From assembly GCA_963790205.1 (NCBI GenBank), contig CAWBNQ010000001.1:224001-288000 (forward strand): a stretch of 64,000 nucleotides of DNA, given 5' to 3'. The notes under the pieces were generated by a model, which was given only the letters and a program-made list of their open reading frames with translations, was not told where the DNA came from and did not search any database. Every line of letters starts with the position of its first letter. Positions within the stretch are counted from its first letter, which is position 1. The position numbers and the translations under genes are program-made. Source of the DNA: Nitrospirota bacterium (GTDB lineage Bacteria; Nitrospirota; UBA9217). Below, one piece after another: positions 6,919 through 18,019 of the stretch.

Positions 6919-9120
6919 TCAGATCAATAATAATCCCTTTTCCCGCAGTGTTTTCCATTCATGGGATTTCAGAAAAGATTCAAACGAAGATGAAAAGTGC
7001 TTCTCATAATCCTGTTTCAATTCTTCAAGCAGCATTAATTCCTGATTCTGAACGAAAAATCTTTCAAATATGCCGTTCAACCAGTCGCCGATTTCAGCGT
7101 TGGTGATCAAGGTAAACCTCTCACTTTTAGTATAAAAAACAAACCTGCTCTTTCCCGCCTGTTTTCCGGTCTTCGCCGAATTCTCATGAGTGTTTTGAGG
7201 CCGGTTCTCTATCCAGAGGATCCTGGATCTCAACCGTTCTTTGTCGGAAACAGGCTTCTCATTGATCGCTTGTTCCACGTAATTTCTTTTTATGGAAATT
7301 GCCGAAACCTGAAAGTCGAACCATTCGTGAACTGAAAGATCCGTACCGATACCGTGCATGAAGTTGTAAACCGCCTTATTCAAACCCTGGGCAAAACGCT
7401 GATACTCGCAGCCGGCAAGATCTTCGTGCACGAGGTCATTTTTGGCAAAACCGCCCGCAGGACGATCAAGTATCCTGCAGTTATATTTTTCCGGATTTCT
7501 TCCTACATCGCTGTGAACGGTAGCGGTGAACACATGCCAAAAAGCTGATTGTATGAGTCCCTGTTGAAAGAACTGACGCACGACCTCCAGGGCATCGACG
7601 GTTTCTTGTTCGGTTTGCGTCGGAAACCCATACATCAGATACGCATGCACCAGGATGCCTGCACTGCTGAAGTTGCGGCATGCTTGGGCGGCCTGACGAA
7701 CGGTCACCCCTTTATTCATCAGCTTTAAAAGCCTGTCCGAGGCCGCCTCCAGGCCACCGGTCGCGGCAATGCAGCCTGATGAAGCCAACAGCCTGCACAG
7801 GTCTTCGGTAAAAGCCTGTTCAAAGCGGATATTCGCCCACCAGGAAATGCTGATCTTTCTTCTCAGTAATTCCAGCGCCAATTCTCTCAGGGCCGCGGGC
7901 GGCGCGGCCTCATCAACAAAATGAAAACCGGTCTGTCCTGTCTGGGCGATCACCTGCTCGATCCTGTCAGCCAGCACAGCGGCGGGCGCACCATCGAAGC
8001 GGTTTATATAATCGAGGCTGGTATCGCAGAAGGAACATTGGTGCCAGTAACAGCCATGAGCGATGGTGAGCTTGTTCCAGCGTCCATCGGACCACAGGCG
8101 GTGCATGGGATTGGCAATTTCAACGAGAGAAAGATAGTTATCCAAGGGGAGGTCCGAATAATCCGGGCAGCCGACCTCCGCATGGGAAAAATCTTTTTCC
8201 GTGTCGTCATTCCAATATTTCACGCTATTTGCCACCCTGATAAAGGTCCTTTTAAGCCTGCCCGGATTTTTTTCTTCCCGGAGGAATTTTAAAATATTCA
8301 AAAAAGGACGTTCTCCGTCGTCCAGGGTAATAAAATCAACGTAGTTAAAGACGGCAGGGTCCGAAAGCTCTCGAAGTTCGGTATTAATAAATCCGCCGCC
8401 TGCAATAATTTTAACGTTCTGATGGTTCTTCTTGATATAGTGAGCGCATTTTAACGCCGCATAGACATTGCCGGGAAAGGGAACGGTAACCCCCACAACA
8501 TCCGGGCGATAGTGTTCGACATGTTTTTTCAGTAAAGCCAGTAACGAGGTTTCAATGATATTTTCGGGTTGATGCAAGGCCTGGTCGAGCAAAGAGAAAG
8601 AACGAGCGGACATTCCGAGCTTTTCAGCATAACGGCTGAAACCGAAATAGGGGGTCACCGCATCTTTTATCAGATCGCCGATATCTTCAATATATCGCGT
8701 TGCCAGGAACCGGGCTTTATCGTTCACCCCGATGTTCCCGAACGACCAATCCAGGTCGGGCAATTGATCGAACCGGGAAGCCCTCGGTAAAAAATGATCG
8801 GAGCAGAGGAGTTGGGCAAGGGTATTGTCCCGGTACTGCAAAAAATTCATTACCTGGTCCACGGTTTGCAAATAGTATTGTTCATTGTTCAGGATGTGAA
8901 TTGAATTTTGGGAAATTTGCCCGGCATTCTTTTTCACAGCATCGAACAGCATTTCAAAGCCTTCGCGAGAAAAAATCCTATTGATCAATTCAATGCCTAA
9001 ATCGACCTGAAATACATCATACCCGCGCATTTTCAGAAAGCCTTTCAAATAAGGCGATGCCGGATAGGGGGTATTAAGCTGGGTAAAAGGCGGAGTGATG
9101 AGAAGTATTTTATCAGGCAT
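6919..9120 (-). CDS. B12-binding radical SAM protein
   Basis: HGCYWHQCSFCD CxxxCxxC motif; N-terminal PPFTQLNTPYPA; cobalamin-binding-like region; HFVDEAAPP. Confidence 0.9.
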   Translation of the reverse strand: MPDKILLITPPFTQLNTPYPASPYLKGFLKMRGYDVFQVDLGIELINRIFSREGFEMLFDAVKKNAGQISQNSIHILNNEQYYLQTVDQVMNFLQYRDNTLAQLLCSDHFLPRASRFDQLPDLDWSFGNIGVNDKARFLATRYIEDIGDLIKDAVTPYFGFSRYAEKLGMSARSFSLLDQALHQPENIIETSLLALLKKHVEHYRPDVVGVTVPFPGNVYAALKCAHYIKKNHQNVKIIAGGGFINTELRELSDPAVFNYVDFITLDDGERPFLNILKFLREEKNPGRLKRTFIRVANSVKYWNDDTEKDFSHAEVGCPDYSDLPLDNYLSLVEIANPMHRLWSDGRWNKLTIAHGCYWHQCSFCDTSLDYINRFDGAPAAVLADRIEQVIAQTGQTGFHFVDEAAPPAALRELALELLRRKISISWWANIRFEQAFTEDLCRLLASSGCIAATGGLEAASDRLLKLMNKGVTVRQAAQACRNFSSAGILVHAYLMYGFPTQTEQETVDALEVVRQFFQQGLIQSAFWHVFTATVHSDVGRNPEKYNCRILDRPAGGFAKNDLVHEDLAGCEYQRFAQGLNKAVYNFMHGIGTDLSVHEWFDFQVSAISIKRNYVEQAINEKPVSDKERLRSRILWIENRPQNTHENSAKTGKQAGKSRFVFYTKSERFTLITNAEIGDWLNGIFERFFVQNQELMLLEELKQDYEKHFSSSFESFLKSHEWKTLREKGLLLI

Positions 9121-9415
9121 AGAGAGCGTTATTCGCGTCGATTATACGGGACCGGCTCGCTGAATGGCCAAGAAGAGGTCCGTACTGAGCCATAAAAAGA
9201 CGCAAAAAAATCGAACAGACTTGCTCAATCTTACCGGAGTCCGCGTCCTTTGGCAAGCAGAACCTGAGCAGGAAGGGAACCTTACCACGACATCTCTTCG
9301 AAGCAGCCGACCCGTGTTTCCGCGTTGACCGGCCCTCCTTTTCGTGATAAGGTAAAAACGATCCTGTTCATGATAACGAACAGCGTTCACCTCTCGTCTC
9401 CGGCTTTTTAGCACT

Positions 9416-10057
9416 ATGGAAAATCATCTTAAACAGTATCTTGAAAAATGCCTGGGCAGGCCCGTCTCTCTCGTGCTCACGGAAAATTCGACGAGCATGC
9501 TTTCGGCGAGGGCGCATAACGGCGTTCTGCGCATCCGTCTTCACCGGATGTTCCTGAACGCGGACAGCCGGGTAATGAGCGAGATCGCCTCGTACCTGAA
9601 AAACAGAAGAGGCGCAATGCCTCAATTCCGGAGCTTCATCCGGGACAACAGGGAGCAGCTCAGCCTGAAGCCGCCGAAGAAGGTCCTTATTCGGACCGTG
9701 GGCAAATTTCACGATCTTTGCGGATTATACGACGAGATCAACAAGGAATATTTCGGAGGCCTGATCAACGCCGCGATCACCTGGGGAACGAGAAGTCCGC
9801 GCTCCGCGGTAAGAAAAAGGACCGTCGGGAGCTACAGCGAACGGTCGAACACGATCAGGATAAATCCGGTGCTCGACAGGATAGCAGTCCCCCGCTATTA
9901 TGTCGCACTCATCGTCTATCATGAAATGCTGCACGCAGCCATGGGCACGCCCCTTCGGGGAAAAAGAAGGAGCGTCCATTCCCGGGAATTCAAAAAAAGA
10001 GAAAAACTGTTTAAGGATTATGAAAAGGCGATGGCGTGGGAAGGCGGAAAAGCATGA
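9416..10057 (+). CDS. SprT/M48-like zinc metallopeptidase-domain protein
   Basis: IVYHEMLH (HExxH) plus downstream VHSREFK; GSY...IRINPVLD. Confidence 0.8.
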   Translation: MENHLKQYLEKCLGRPVSLVLTENSTSMLSARAHNGVLRIRLHRMFLNADSRVMSEIASYLKNRRGAMPQFRSFIRDNREQLSLKPPKKVLIRTVGKFHDLCGLYDEINKEYFGGLINAAITWGTRSPRSAVRKRTVGSYSERSNTIRINPVLDRIAVPRYYVALIVYHEMLHAAMGTPLRGKRRSVHSREFKKREKLFKDYEKAMAWEGGKA

Positions 10058-10155
10058 GCACAGGGTATTTCCAGAAATTGAAATAAAAACGTATGATCGG
10101 AGGAACAGATTCTATTAACGCCGATCAGCTTCACATAGAAATGCTAACCCTGCTT

Positions 10156-13100
10156 TCAGGATAACCTTCTTTTTCCGCGACTTGCTTCTGTCTTCTGCCC
10201 GGTTCCCGGCATATGACTTCTCAGCGGTCTCCGTTGTCTACGCACACCCTCAAACCAGATCCTGAACCGGTCCAGGTATAGATACACCACCGGTGTCGTG
10301 AAAAGCGTCATCATCTGGCTGAAGATCAGTCCGCCCACGATGGCGATGCCGAGGGGACGGCGGAGTTCGGACCCGACTCCGCGGCCGATTGCCAGCGGCA
10401 GAGCGCCCAAAAGAGCCGCCATGGTCGTCATCATGATCGGCCGGAACCGAAGGAGACAGGCCTGGTAGATCGCTTCTTCCGGGCTCTTCCCTTCCCTGCG
10501 CTCTGTCTCGATCGCGAAATCGACCATCAGGATGCCGTTCTTCTTCACAATGCCGATCAACAGGAGGATGCCGATGATGGCGATCACACTAAGGTCAATG
10601 CCGAAGATCATCATGGCAAGCACCGCTCCCACACCGGCAGAAGGCAGTGTCGAAAGGATCGTGACCGGGTGGACATAGCTTTCGTACAGTACGCCAAGCA
10701 CGATGTAGACCGTTATGAGCGCGGCAAGGATCAAAAGCGGCACATTGGCCAAAGAGTCCTTGTACGCCTGGGCAGTGCCCGAGAAGGTCCTCCTGATGCT
10801 CGGCGGCATGCCCATCTGGCGAGTGGCCTCTTCGATCGCCTTGACTGCGTCCCCAAGCGCCACGCCGGGCGCGAGGTTGAATGACGCCGTAATCGACGGG
10901 AATTGTCCTTGGTGGTTCACCGCGAGTGATGTTGCGGTGGGTTCATAATGCGTGAAGGCGTTCAAGGGAATAAGCTGGCCGCTGGATGACGGAACATAGA
11001 TACTTTTAAGCGTATCAGGCTGCTGCCAAAACCGGGGCTGGACCTCCATGACCACGTGGTACTGGTTCAAAAGCGTATAGGTGATCGAGACCTGCCGCTG
11101 GCCGAAGGCATCGTACAGGGTGTCGTCGATGAGCTGTGGAGTGATGCCCAACCGCGAGGCCGTGGCGCGGTCGATCATGAGCGTGGCCTGCAGCCCCTTG
11201 TTCTGCTGGTCGCTGCTCACGTCGACCAGCTGGGGTATTGTTCTCATTTTCTGCAGCACGCGCTGGCCCCATTCGTTCAGCTCCTTCAGGTTTTCTCCCT
11301 GGAGCGTGAACTGATAGAGCGCATTGCTGATCTTGCCTCCGATGCGCAAATCCTGCACCGGCTGCAGACCGGTGAACACCCCAGGCACGCCAGCCAGCTT
11401 CTTGCGCAAGCGGCCGATGATTTGTGGAATTCCGGCGGTGCGTTTTTCAAAGGGCTTGAGCGCGACGAACATTCTCCCTGTGTTCGTCGTGGACCCGCCG
11501 CCTCCTCCTCCGCCGGTGAAGCCGATCACATAATCCACCTCAGGGTCGGATTTGACGATGTTCACGATTTGCAGCAGTTTATCCTCCATGGCCTGAAACG
11601 ATATGTCTTGCGTCGCCTGGACGCCTCCGGCGATCCGGCCCGTGTCCTGTTCCGGGAAGAACCCTTTGGGCACGCGAATGAACAGGAGCACGTTGGTCAT
11701 GATCGTCAGCGCGATGACGACCAACATGAACCGGGAGTGTCTGAGCGCCCAACGAAGGCTTTTTTCATAGTGACCGTGCAGCCAATTGAACGATTGTTCG
11801 CTTGCGCGGAACAGGATGTTGTGAGCGCCTTGTTTCTCGGGCCTCAGGACCGTGGCGCACATCATGGGCGTCGTGGTGAGCGAAACGACAAGCGAGACCA
11901 TGATCGCTGCCGAAAGCGTGACCGCGAATTCCCGAAAGAGCCTGCCGACCATGCCGCCCATGAGCAGAATAGGAATAAAAACGGCAACGAGCGAAACGCT
12001 CATGGACAGGACCGTGAAGGCGATCTCCTTGGTCCCGGACAGCGCTGCCTGAAGGGGAGCTTCTCCTTTTTCCCGGTACCGGGTGACGTTCTCAAGAACG
12101 ACGATCGCGTCGTCCACCACGAACCCGGTCGAGATCGTGAGCGCCATGAGAGAGAGGTTATCGAGCGAATAGCCGAAGAGGTACATTAGGCCGAAGGTGC
12201 CGATGATCGAAACGGTGACCGCGACAGCGGGAATGACCGTAGCGCGTACGTTCCGCAGGAACCAGAACACCACGAGGATCACGAGCACGCCCGAGGCCAG
12301 AAGGGTCCTTTCGACGTCCCGCAGCGACCCGCGGATCGACGGACTTCGGTCGAGCACAACCGACAGGGAAACGTCTCCGGGCAAGGCGGCTTCGAGCTGC
12401 GGCAGAAGCGCCCGTACGCTGTCCACGGTCTCGATAATGTTGGCGCCGGGCTCGCGGAACACGATGACCATCACCGCCGGCCTGCCGTTCACGAAACCCG
12501 CGGCGCGCAGGTCCTCCACGGAATCCTGCACGTCAGCCACGTCCGCAAGCCGCACTGCGGCCCCGGACCGGTACGCAACGACTAGGGGCAAATATTCTTT
12601 GGCCTTGTTCAGCTGGTCGTTCGTGTGGACCTCCCACGTTTTGTCGCCGAACGCCAACTGTCCCTTCGGCGTGTTGACATTCGTGTTGGCCAGCACGGTG
12701 CGTACGTCTTCCAGTCCGATGCCGTACTTCGAGAGCGCCAGCGGGTTCAGATCGATGCGGACCGCGGGAAGGGAACTCCCTCCCACGAACACCTGTCCCA
12801 CGCCCTCCACCTGGGACAGTTTTTGCGCGAGAATAGAGGAAGCGGCGTCGTACATCTGTGCCGTGGTCTTAGTGTCGGAGGTGAGTCCGAGGATAAGTAT
12901 GGGCGCGTCCGAGGGATTGACTTTGCGGTAGGTCGGATTGGCCGGAAGGTTCGCGGGCAGGAACCCCCGCGCCGCATTGATCGCGGCCTGGACGTCGCGC
13001 GCAGCGCCGTCGATATCGCGGTTCAGGTCGAACTGCAGCGTGATGCTCGTCGAGCCGCGGTAGCTCGTGGACGTCATTTCCGCGACGCCTGCGATGCGGC

Positions 13101-13314
13101 CGAACTGGCGTTCCAGGGGCGCGGCTACCGAGGTAGCCATGGTTTCAGGGTCCGCGCCCGGAAGCGCCGCCTGCACCGAGATCGTCGGAAAATCCACCTG
13201 CGGCAGCGGTGACACGGGCAGCACACGGAAGGCAAGCACGCCGGAGAGCACGAGTCCGGCCGTAAGGAGCGTGGTCGCGACCGGTCTCTTGATGAAGATC
13301 GAAGAAATGTTCAT
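10156..13314 (-). CDS. mdtC: RND efflux permease MdtC
   Basis: [59 protein letters not shown]; start taken at MNISSIF. Confidence 0.9.
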   Translation of the reverse strand: MNISSIFIKRPVATTLLTAGLVLSGVLAFRVLPVSPLPQVDFPTISVQAALPGADPETMATSVAAPLERQFGRIAGVAEMTSTSYRGSTSITLQFDLNRDIDGAARDVQAAINAARGFLPANLPANPTYRKVNPSDAPILILGLTSDTKTTAQMYDAASSILAQKLSQVEGVGQVFVGGSSLPAVRIDLNPLALSKYGIGLEDVRTVLANTNVNTPKGQLAFGDKTWEVHTNDQLNKAKEYLPLVVAYRSGAAVRLADVADVQDSVEDLRAAGFVNGRPAVMVIVFREPGANIIETVDSVRALLPQLEAALPGDVSLSVVLDRSPSIRGSLRDVERTLLASGVLVILVVFWFLRNVRATVIPAVAVTVSIIGTFGLMYLFGYSLDNLSLMALTISTGFVVDDAIVVLENVTRYREKGEAPLQAALSGTKEIAFTVLSMSVSLVAVFIPILLMGGMVGRLFREFAVTLSAAIMVSLVVSLTTTPMMCATVLRPEKQGAHNILFRASEQSFNWLHGHYEKSLRWALRHSRFMLVVIALTIMTNVLLFIRVPKGFFPEQDTGRIAGGVQATQDISFQAMEDKLLQIVNIVKSDPEVDYVIGFTGGGGGGGSTTNTGRMFVALKPFEKRTAGIPQIIGRLRKKLAGVPGVFTGLQPVQDLRIGGKISNALYQFTLQGENLKELNEWGQRVLQKMRTIPQLVDVSSDQQNKGLQATLMIDRATASRLGITPQLIDDTLYDAFGQRQVSITYTLLNQYHVVMEVQPRFWQQPDTLKSIYVPSSSGQLIPLNAFTHYEPTATSLAVNHQGQFPSITASFNLAPGVALGDAVKAIEEATRQMGMPPSIRRTFSGTAQAYKDSLANVPLLILAALITVYIVLGVLYESYVHPVTILSTLPSAGVGAVLAMMIFGIDLSVIAIIGILLLIGIVKKNGILMVDFAIETERREGKSPEEAIYQACLLRFRPIMMTTMAALLGALPLAIGRGVGSELRRPLGIAIVGGLIFSQMMTLFTTPVVYLYLDRFRIWFEGVRRQRRPLRSHMPGTGQKTEASRGKRRLS

Positions 13315-13349
13315 GATGATTCCGTTAAAATCAAAACAAAACCGATTTT

Positions 13350-13431
13350 CACACGAAGACACGAAGCCACGAAGGAATGATGCGACTCATTTTTTATTCC
13401 TCTCTGTGATCTTCGTGGCTTCGTGTGAGAC
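13350..13431. repeat. Intergenic hairpin of CACGAAG units
   Basis: CACGAAGA-CACGAAGC-CACGAAGG followed by CTTCGTGG-CTTCGTGT between mdtB and mdtC. Confidence 0.65.
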
Positions 13432-13444
13432 GTGCATTGCCTCG

Positions 13445-16400
13445 CTAACTTTTGGAGCGGCCTGCCTTCACCCTTCGCGCGAGCCTATCGAACCAGAGAT
13501 AAACGACCGGTGTCGTGTAGAGGGTAAGGACCTGGCTGATCACGAGTCCGCCTACGATGGAGATGCCGAGGGGACGCCGGAGCTCCGACCCAACCCCATG
13601 CCCGAGCGCCAGGGGCAAAGCTCCTAACAGCGCTGCCATGGTCGTCATCATGATCGGCCTAAATCGCAACAGGCAGGCCTGGTAGATCGCCTCCTCAGGG
13701 CTCTTCCCTTCCTTACGCTCGGCTTCAAGCGCGAAGTCGATCATCATGATGCCGTTCTTCTTCACGATGCCGATCAAAAGAATGATGCCGATGATCGCGA
13801 TCACGGAAAGCTCGCTGCGGAAAAGCATCAATGAAAGCACGGCGCCGACCCCTGCCGAGGGAAGCGTGGACAGGATCGTGACCGGGTGAATGTAGCTTTC
13901 GTACAATACGCCGAGAACGATGTAGACCGTTATGAGCGCAGCCAGGATCAGAAGCGGCTCGTTGGTGAGCGAGGACTTGAAGGCCTGGGCCGTTCCCTGG
14001 AAGCTCCCCTGGATGTTGGCCGGAAGATTCAGCTGTTTCGCCGTATTCTCGATCGCCTCGACTGCCTCGCCGAGGGAAGTATGGGGCGCGAGGTTGAACG
14101 AAGCTGTCACTGCGGGGAATTGGCCCTGCCGGTTTATGACCAGGGGGCCCGTTGTTTCCGATGCCTGGGTGATCGCAGCGAGCGGCACTTGTCCGCCGCT
14201 CGTCCCGCGCAAATAAATTGACTGAAGACCGCCGGGTCCCCGCTGGAAGTCGGGTTTGACCGCGAGTACAACGCGGTACTGGTTCAACTCAGTAAAGATC
14301 GTGGACACCTGGCGCTGACCGAATGCGTCGTATAGCGCGTCATCGATGTTCTGCGGCGTGATGCCGAGCCGCGCAGCGGTATTCCGGTCGATAGAGAGCG
14401 TCATCCTGAGCCCCTGGTCCTGCTGGTCGGTGCTCACGTCGCGGAGTTCCGGGCGGGTGCGCAGCACGTCGATCACCTTCGGCGCCAGCGTGTTCAACTC
14501 ATCGGTATTGGGGTCATCGAGCGTGTATTGGTACTGGGTGCGGCTCACCCGCGCGTCCACGGTGAGGTCCTGCACGGGCTGCATGTAGAGCGTGATGCCC
14601 TGGACCTCGGCCAGCTCCGGCTGGAGGCGCCTGACGACTTCGATCGCGCTCGCGTCCCGGTCGTGCAATGGTTTCAGATTGATCAGGATTCGCCCGCTGT
14701 TCAAGGTCGTGTTGGTCCCATCCACGCCGATGAAGGAAGAGAGGCTTTCGACTGCCGGGTCTTTGAGGATCACCCTGGCAAGGGCCCGCTGGCGCTCGGC
14801 CATGGCGGTGAAGGAGATCGTCTGCGGCGCTTCCGACATCCCCTGTATCGCTCCCGTGTCCTGGACCGGGAAAAACCCCTTCGGAACGACGATATAGAGC
14901 AGCACGGTAAGGACCAGCGTGCTCACGGCAACGATGAGCGTTGCCGTCTGGCGTTTGAGCACCCATTGTAATGTCCTTCCATAGGCCGCGATGATCCGGT
15001 CGAAGTAGAGCTGGGACGCATGATAGAACCTGCCCTGTTTTTCCTCGGGTACGTGCTTCAGGATCCGCGCGCACATCATGGGCGTAAGCGTTAACGAAAC
15101 AACCGCCGAAATCAGGATCGTGACGCCGAGCGTGATGGCGAACTCCCGGAAGAGGCGGCCGACCACGTCCCCCATGAACAAAAGCGGGATAAGGACCGCG
15201 ATGAGCGATACCGTAAGCGAGAGGATCGTGAACCCGATCTGCTTTGCCCCCTTGAGCGCGGCCTGCATCGGCGTCTCCCCTTCTTCAACGTAGCGGGAGA
15301 TATTTTCGATCATGACGATGGCGTCATCAACGACAAAGCCGGTCGAGATCGTGAGCGCCATAAGCGAAAGGTTGTTCAGGCTGAAGCCCATCAGATACAT
15401 CACGCCGAAGGTCCCCACGAGGGAGAGCGGAACGGCTACGGCAGGAATGGTCGTTGCCGGGAGGTTGCGCAGGAACAGGTAAATGACGAGAATGACGAGC
15501 GCGACGGCAAGCAAGAGCTCGTACTCCACGTCCCTGACCGAGGCGCGAATGGTCGTGGTGCGGTCGGTCAGGACCGTGACCCTGATGGCCGACGGCAAGG
15601 CGTTCTGGAGCTGCGGCAGAAGCTTCTTGATCCGGTCGACGACCTCGATGACGTTGGCGCCCGGCTGGCGCTGGATGTTCACGATAACGGCAGGGGAAGT
15701 ATTTATCCAGGCAGCCTGGTTCACGTTCTCGGCATCATCGATCACGTCCGCGACGTCGGACAGGCGCACGGGCGCGTTGTTGCGATAAGCGACGATCAGC
15801 CCCGCGTAATCCTTGCTCGAAAAGAGCTGGTCGTTCGCGTCGATGATGTAGGCCTGACGCGGGCCGTCGAAGCCGCCCTTCGCCTGGTTGACATTCGCGG
15901 CGGTAACGGCGGCTCGCACGTCTTCCAGCGTCAGGCCATAGGCTGCCAGGGCCGTTGGGTTGGCGTGAATTCGCACTGCCGGACGTTGTCCGCCGCTGAT
16001 GCTTACGAGCCCAACCCCCGGCAGCTGGGAAATTTTCTGCGCGAACCGCGTGTCCGCCATGTCTTCAACCTGCGGCAGGGCCAGCGTGTCTGAGGTGAGC
16101 GCCAGGGTCAGGATCGGCGCGTCCGCGGGGTTTACCTTGCTGTAGACCGGAGGGGCCGGGAGGTCCCTCGGCAGGAACGTGAAGGACGCGTTGATGGCAG
16201 CCTGGACTTCCTGCTCGGCAACGTCAAGCGAGAGGTCCAGACTGAACTGCAGGGTGATGATCGAACTGCCGCCGGAGCTCGCCGAGGTCATCTGGGTGAG
16301 GCCCGGCATCTGGCCGAACTGCCGCTCGAGCGGCGCCGTGACCGAGGAGGCCATGACATCGGGGCTTGCGCCGGGATAAAAGGTGCGCACCTGGATGGTC

Positions 16401-16528
16401 GGGTAATCAACCTGCGGAAGCGCGGAGACCGGCAGCTGCTTGTACGCCACCGCGCCGGCGAGGAGAATAGCGACCATCAAGAGCGTGGTCGCTACCGGCC
16501 TCTCGATGAAAATGCGGGAGAAGTTCAT
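13445..16528 (-). CDS. mdtB: RND efflux permease MdtB
   Basis: [50 protein letters not shown]. Confidence 0.92.
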   Translation of the reverse strand: MNFSRIFIERPVATTLLMVAILLAGAVAYKQLPVSALPQVDYPTIQVRTFYPGASPDVMASSVTAPLERQFGQMPGLTQMTSASSGGSSIITLQFSLDLSLDVAEQEVQAAINASFTFLPRDLPAPPVYSKVNPADAPILTLALTSDTLALPQVEDMADTRFAQKISQLPGVGLVSISGGQRPAVRIHANPTALAAYGLTLEDVRAAVTAANVNQAKGGFDGPRQAYIIDANDQLFSSKDYAGLIVAYRNNAPVRLSDVADVIDDAENVNQAAWINTSPAVIVNIQRQPGANVIEVVDRIKKLLPQLQNALPSAIRVTVLTDRTTTIRASVRDVEYELLLAVALVILVIYLFLRNLPATTIPAVAVPLSLVGTFGVMYLMGFSLNNLSLMALTISTGFVVDDAIVMIENISRYVEEGETPMQAALKGAKQIGFTILSLTVSLIAVLIPLLFMGDVVGRLFREFAITLGVTILISAVVSLTLTPMMCARILKHVPEEKQGRFYHASQLYFDRIIAAYGRTLQWVLKRQTATLIVAVSTLVLTVLLYIVVPKGFFPVQDTGAIQGMSEAPQTISFTAMAERQRALARVILKDPAVESLSSFIGVDGTNTTLNSGRILINLKPLHDRDASAIEVVRRLQPELAEVQGITLYMQPVQDLTVDARVSRTQYQYTLDDPNTDELNTLAPKVIDVLRTRPELRDVSTDQQDQGLRMTLSIDRNTAARLGITPQNIDDALYDAFGQRQVSTIFTELNQYRVVLAVKPDFQRGPGGLQSIYLRGTSGGQVPLAAITQASETTGPLVINRQGQFPAVTASFNLAPHTSLGEAVEAIENTAKQLNLPANIQGSFQGTAQAFKSSLTNEPLLILAALITVYIVLGVLYESYIHPVTILSTLPSAGVGAVLSLMLFRSELSVIAIIGIILLIGIVKKNGIMMIDFALEAERKEGKSPEEAIYQACLLRFRPIMMTTMAALLGALPLALGHGVGSELRRPLGISIVGGLVISQVLTLYTTPVVYLWFDRLARRVKAGRSKS

Positions 16529-17757
16529 TTGTCCGACCTTGGATGAGGAGCTGGGGAATCGTTGTTCCGGCCTTTCACTTCGACCTTGCTGCCGTCGCGA
16601 AGCCTGTCTGCGCCATCCACGACCACCAGCTCACCGGCAGACAGCCCTGAGGCAATGGATGTATTCCCCTCCTGGGTGATCCCGACCGTCACGGGACGCA
16701 GCGCTGCCGTCTGGTCTTCTTTCACCACATAGACGAAGGTCCCCTGGGGCCCCTGCTGTATGGCAGGCGCCGGCACGATGAGGGCGCCGTGCTTGATTTC
16801 GATGATGAGGCGGGCATTGACGAACTGGTTTGGGAAGAGCTCATGGTTCCTGTTCGCAAATTCGGCCTTGAGCTTGACCGTGCCCGTGTTCGGGTCGATC
16901 TGGTTATCAACTGTAAGCAGAGCGCCGGTGGCGAGTTTCCGCTGCTGATCCCGGTCGTACGCCTCGACCGTCAACCGGGACCCGCTCCTGAGCTTGCCCA
17001 ATATCTGCGAGAGATTGTCTTCAGGCAGGGAAAAAATCACGGTGATCGGCTGCAGCCGGGTGATCACGACCAGACCGCCGGCATCGGTGGCGTGAACGAT
17101 ATTCCCCTGGTCCACTTGACGCAATCCTATACGGCCGCTGGTCGGCGCAGTAATGCGGGAGTAGACCAGCTGCAGCTTGGCACTGTCGATCTGGCCCTGA
17201 TCGGCCTTGACCGCTCCTTCGTATTGGTGCACGAGGGACTCCTGGGTGTCGAGCTGCTGTTTGGCGATCAGATCTTTCTTGACCAGGTCCTTATACCGTT
17301 CCAGGTCGAGCCGGGCGTTTTGCAAAAGCGCCTGATCGCGGGCCAAGGCCCCCTCGGCCTGGGTCAGCTGCACCTGAAACGGCCTTGGATCAATTTCAGC
17401 CAGCAGGTCTCCCTTGTTTACGACCTGGCCTTCCCGGAACAGGATTTTTGTCAGCTCTCCATCAACGCGGCTTTTCACGGAGACGGTTTCAAGCGGCGTG
17501 ACCGCGCCGAGCCCGGAAAGATAAACGCCGAAATCGCCCTTCTTTACGGGAACAGCAACAACCGATACGCTCGGCCCGGCAGGCGCTCCGTGCGGGACTG
17601 CGCGCGATGCCTGCTGACCCCCCTTGGCAAAGAAGACGAACGCACCGATGGCAAGAAGGCAAACAACTACCAGCCCGATCCACCAGCGTCTAAGGAACGC
17701 CGAGAAACGGGTCCGCGCCAGCGTGCTGTTGTTATTGGTTTCCTGTGTAAATGTCAT
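16525..17757 (-). CDS. mdtA: RND membrane fusion protein MdtA
   Basis: N-terminal TM helix; [46 protein letters not shown]. Confidence 0.92.
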   Translation of the reverse strand: MTFTQETNNNSTLARTRFSAFLRRWWIGLVVVCLLAIGAFVFFAKGGQQASRAVPHGAPAGPSVSVVAVPVKKGDFGVYLSGLGAVTPLETVSVKSRVDGELTKILFREGQVVNKGDLLAEIDPRPFQVQLTQAEGALARDQALLQNARLDLERYKDLVKKDLIAKQQLDTQESLVHQYEGAVKADQGQIDSAKLQLVYSRITAPTSGRIGLRQVDQGNIVHATDAGGLVVITRLQPITVIFSLPEDNLSQILGKLRSGSRLTVEAYDRDQQRKLATGALLTVDNQIDPNTGTVKLKAEFANRNHELFPNQFVNARLIIEIKHGALIVPAPAIQQGPQGTFVYVVKEDQTAALRPVTVGITQEGNTSIASGLSAGELVVVDGADRLRDGSKVEVKGRNNDSPAPHPRSDK

Positions 17758-18019
17758 CGTTATGGCCTCTTGAATAAAGGTTTCCGGCCCCTACCCGGCG
17801 CTTTAGAAGCTGGATTGGAGGTCGTTTTTTCCTGGTTTTCCCGGCGGAACTGCTGAGGAGTGAATTGCGAACGGGATGATAGCACCAATCTCGCACCATT
17901 GTCAATGTTGTATTCAATTCCCTTAGTAAGTGGAAGCAGATATCCTTTTGTCAAAGGTATGCAGTGACTCAGTGGCCTATGGCCCCGGTTTTGCCGGTTT
18001 GGGATGAGGCCGCTCTCAC

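Noticed and set aside
10300..13960. Near-identical DNA stretches in mdtB and mdtC
   Set aside because: Expected paralogy of RND C-terminal TM segments, although local gene conversion cannot be excluded.
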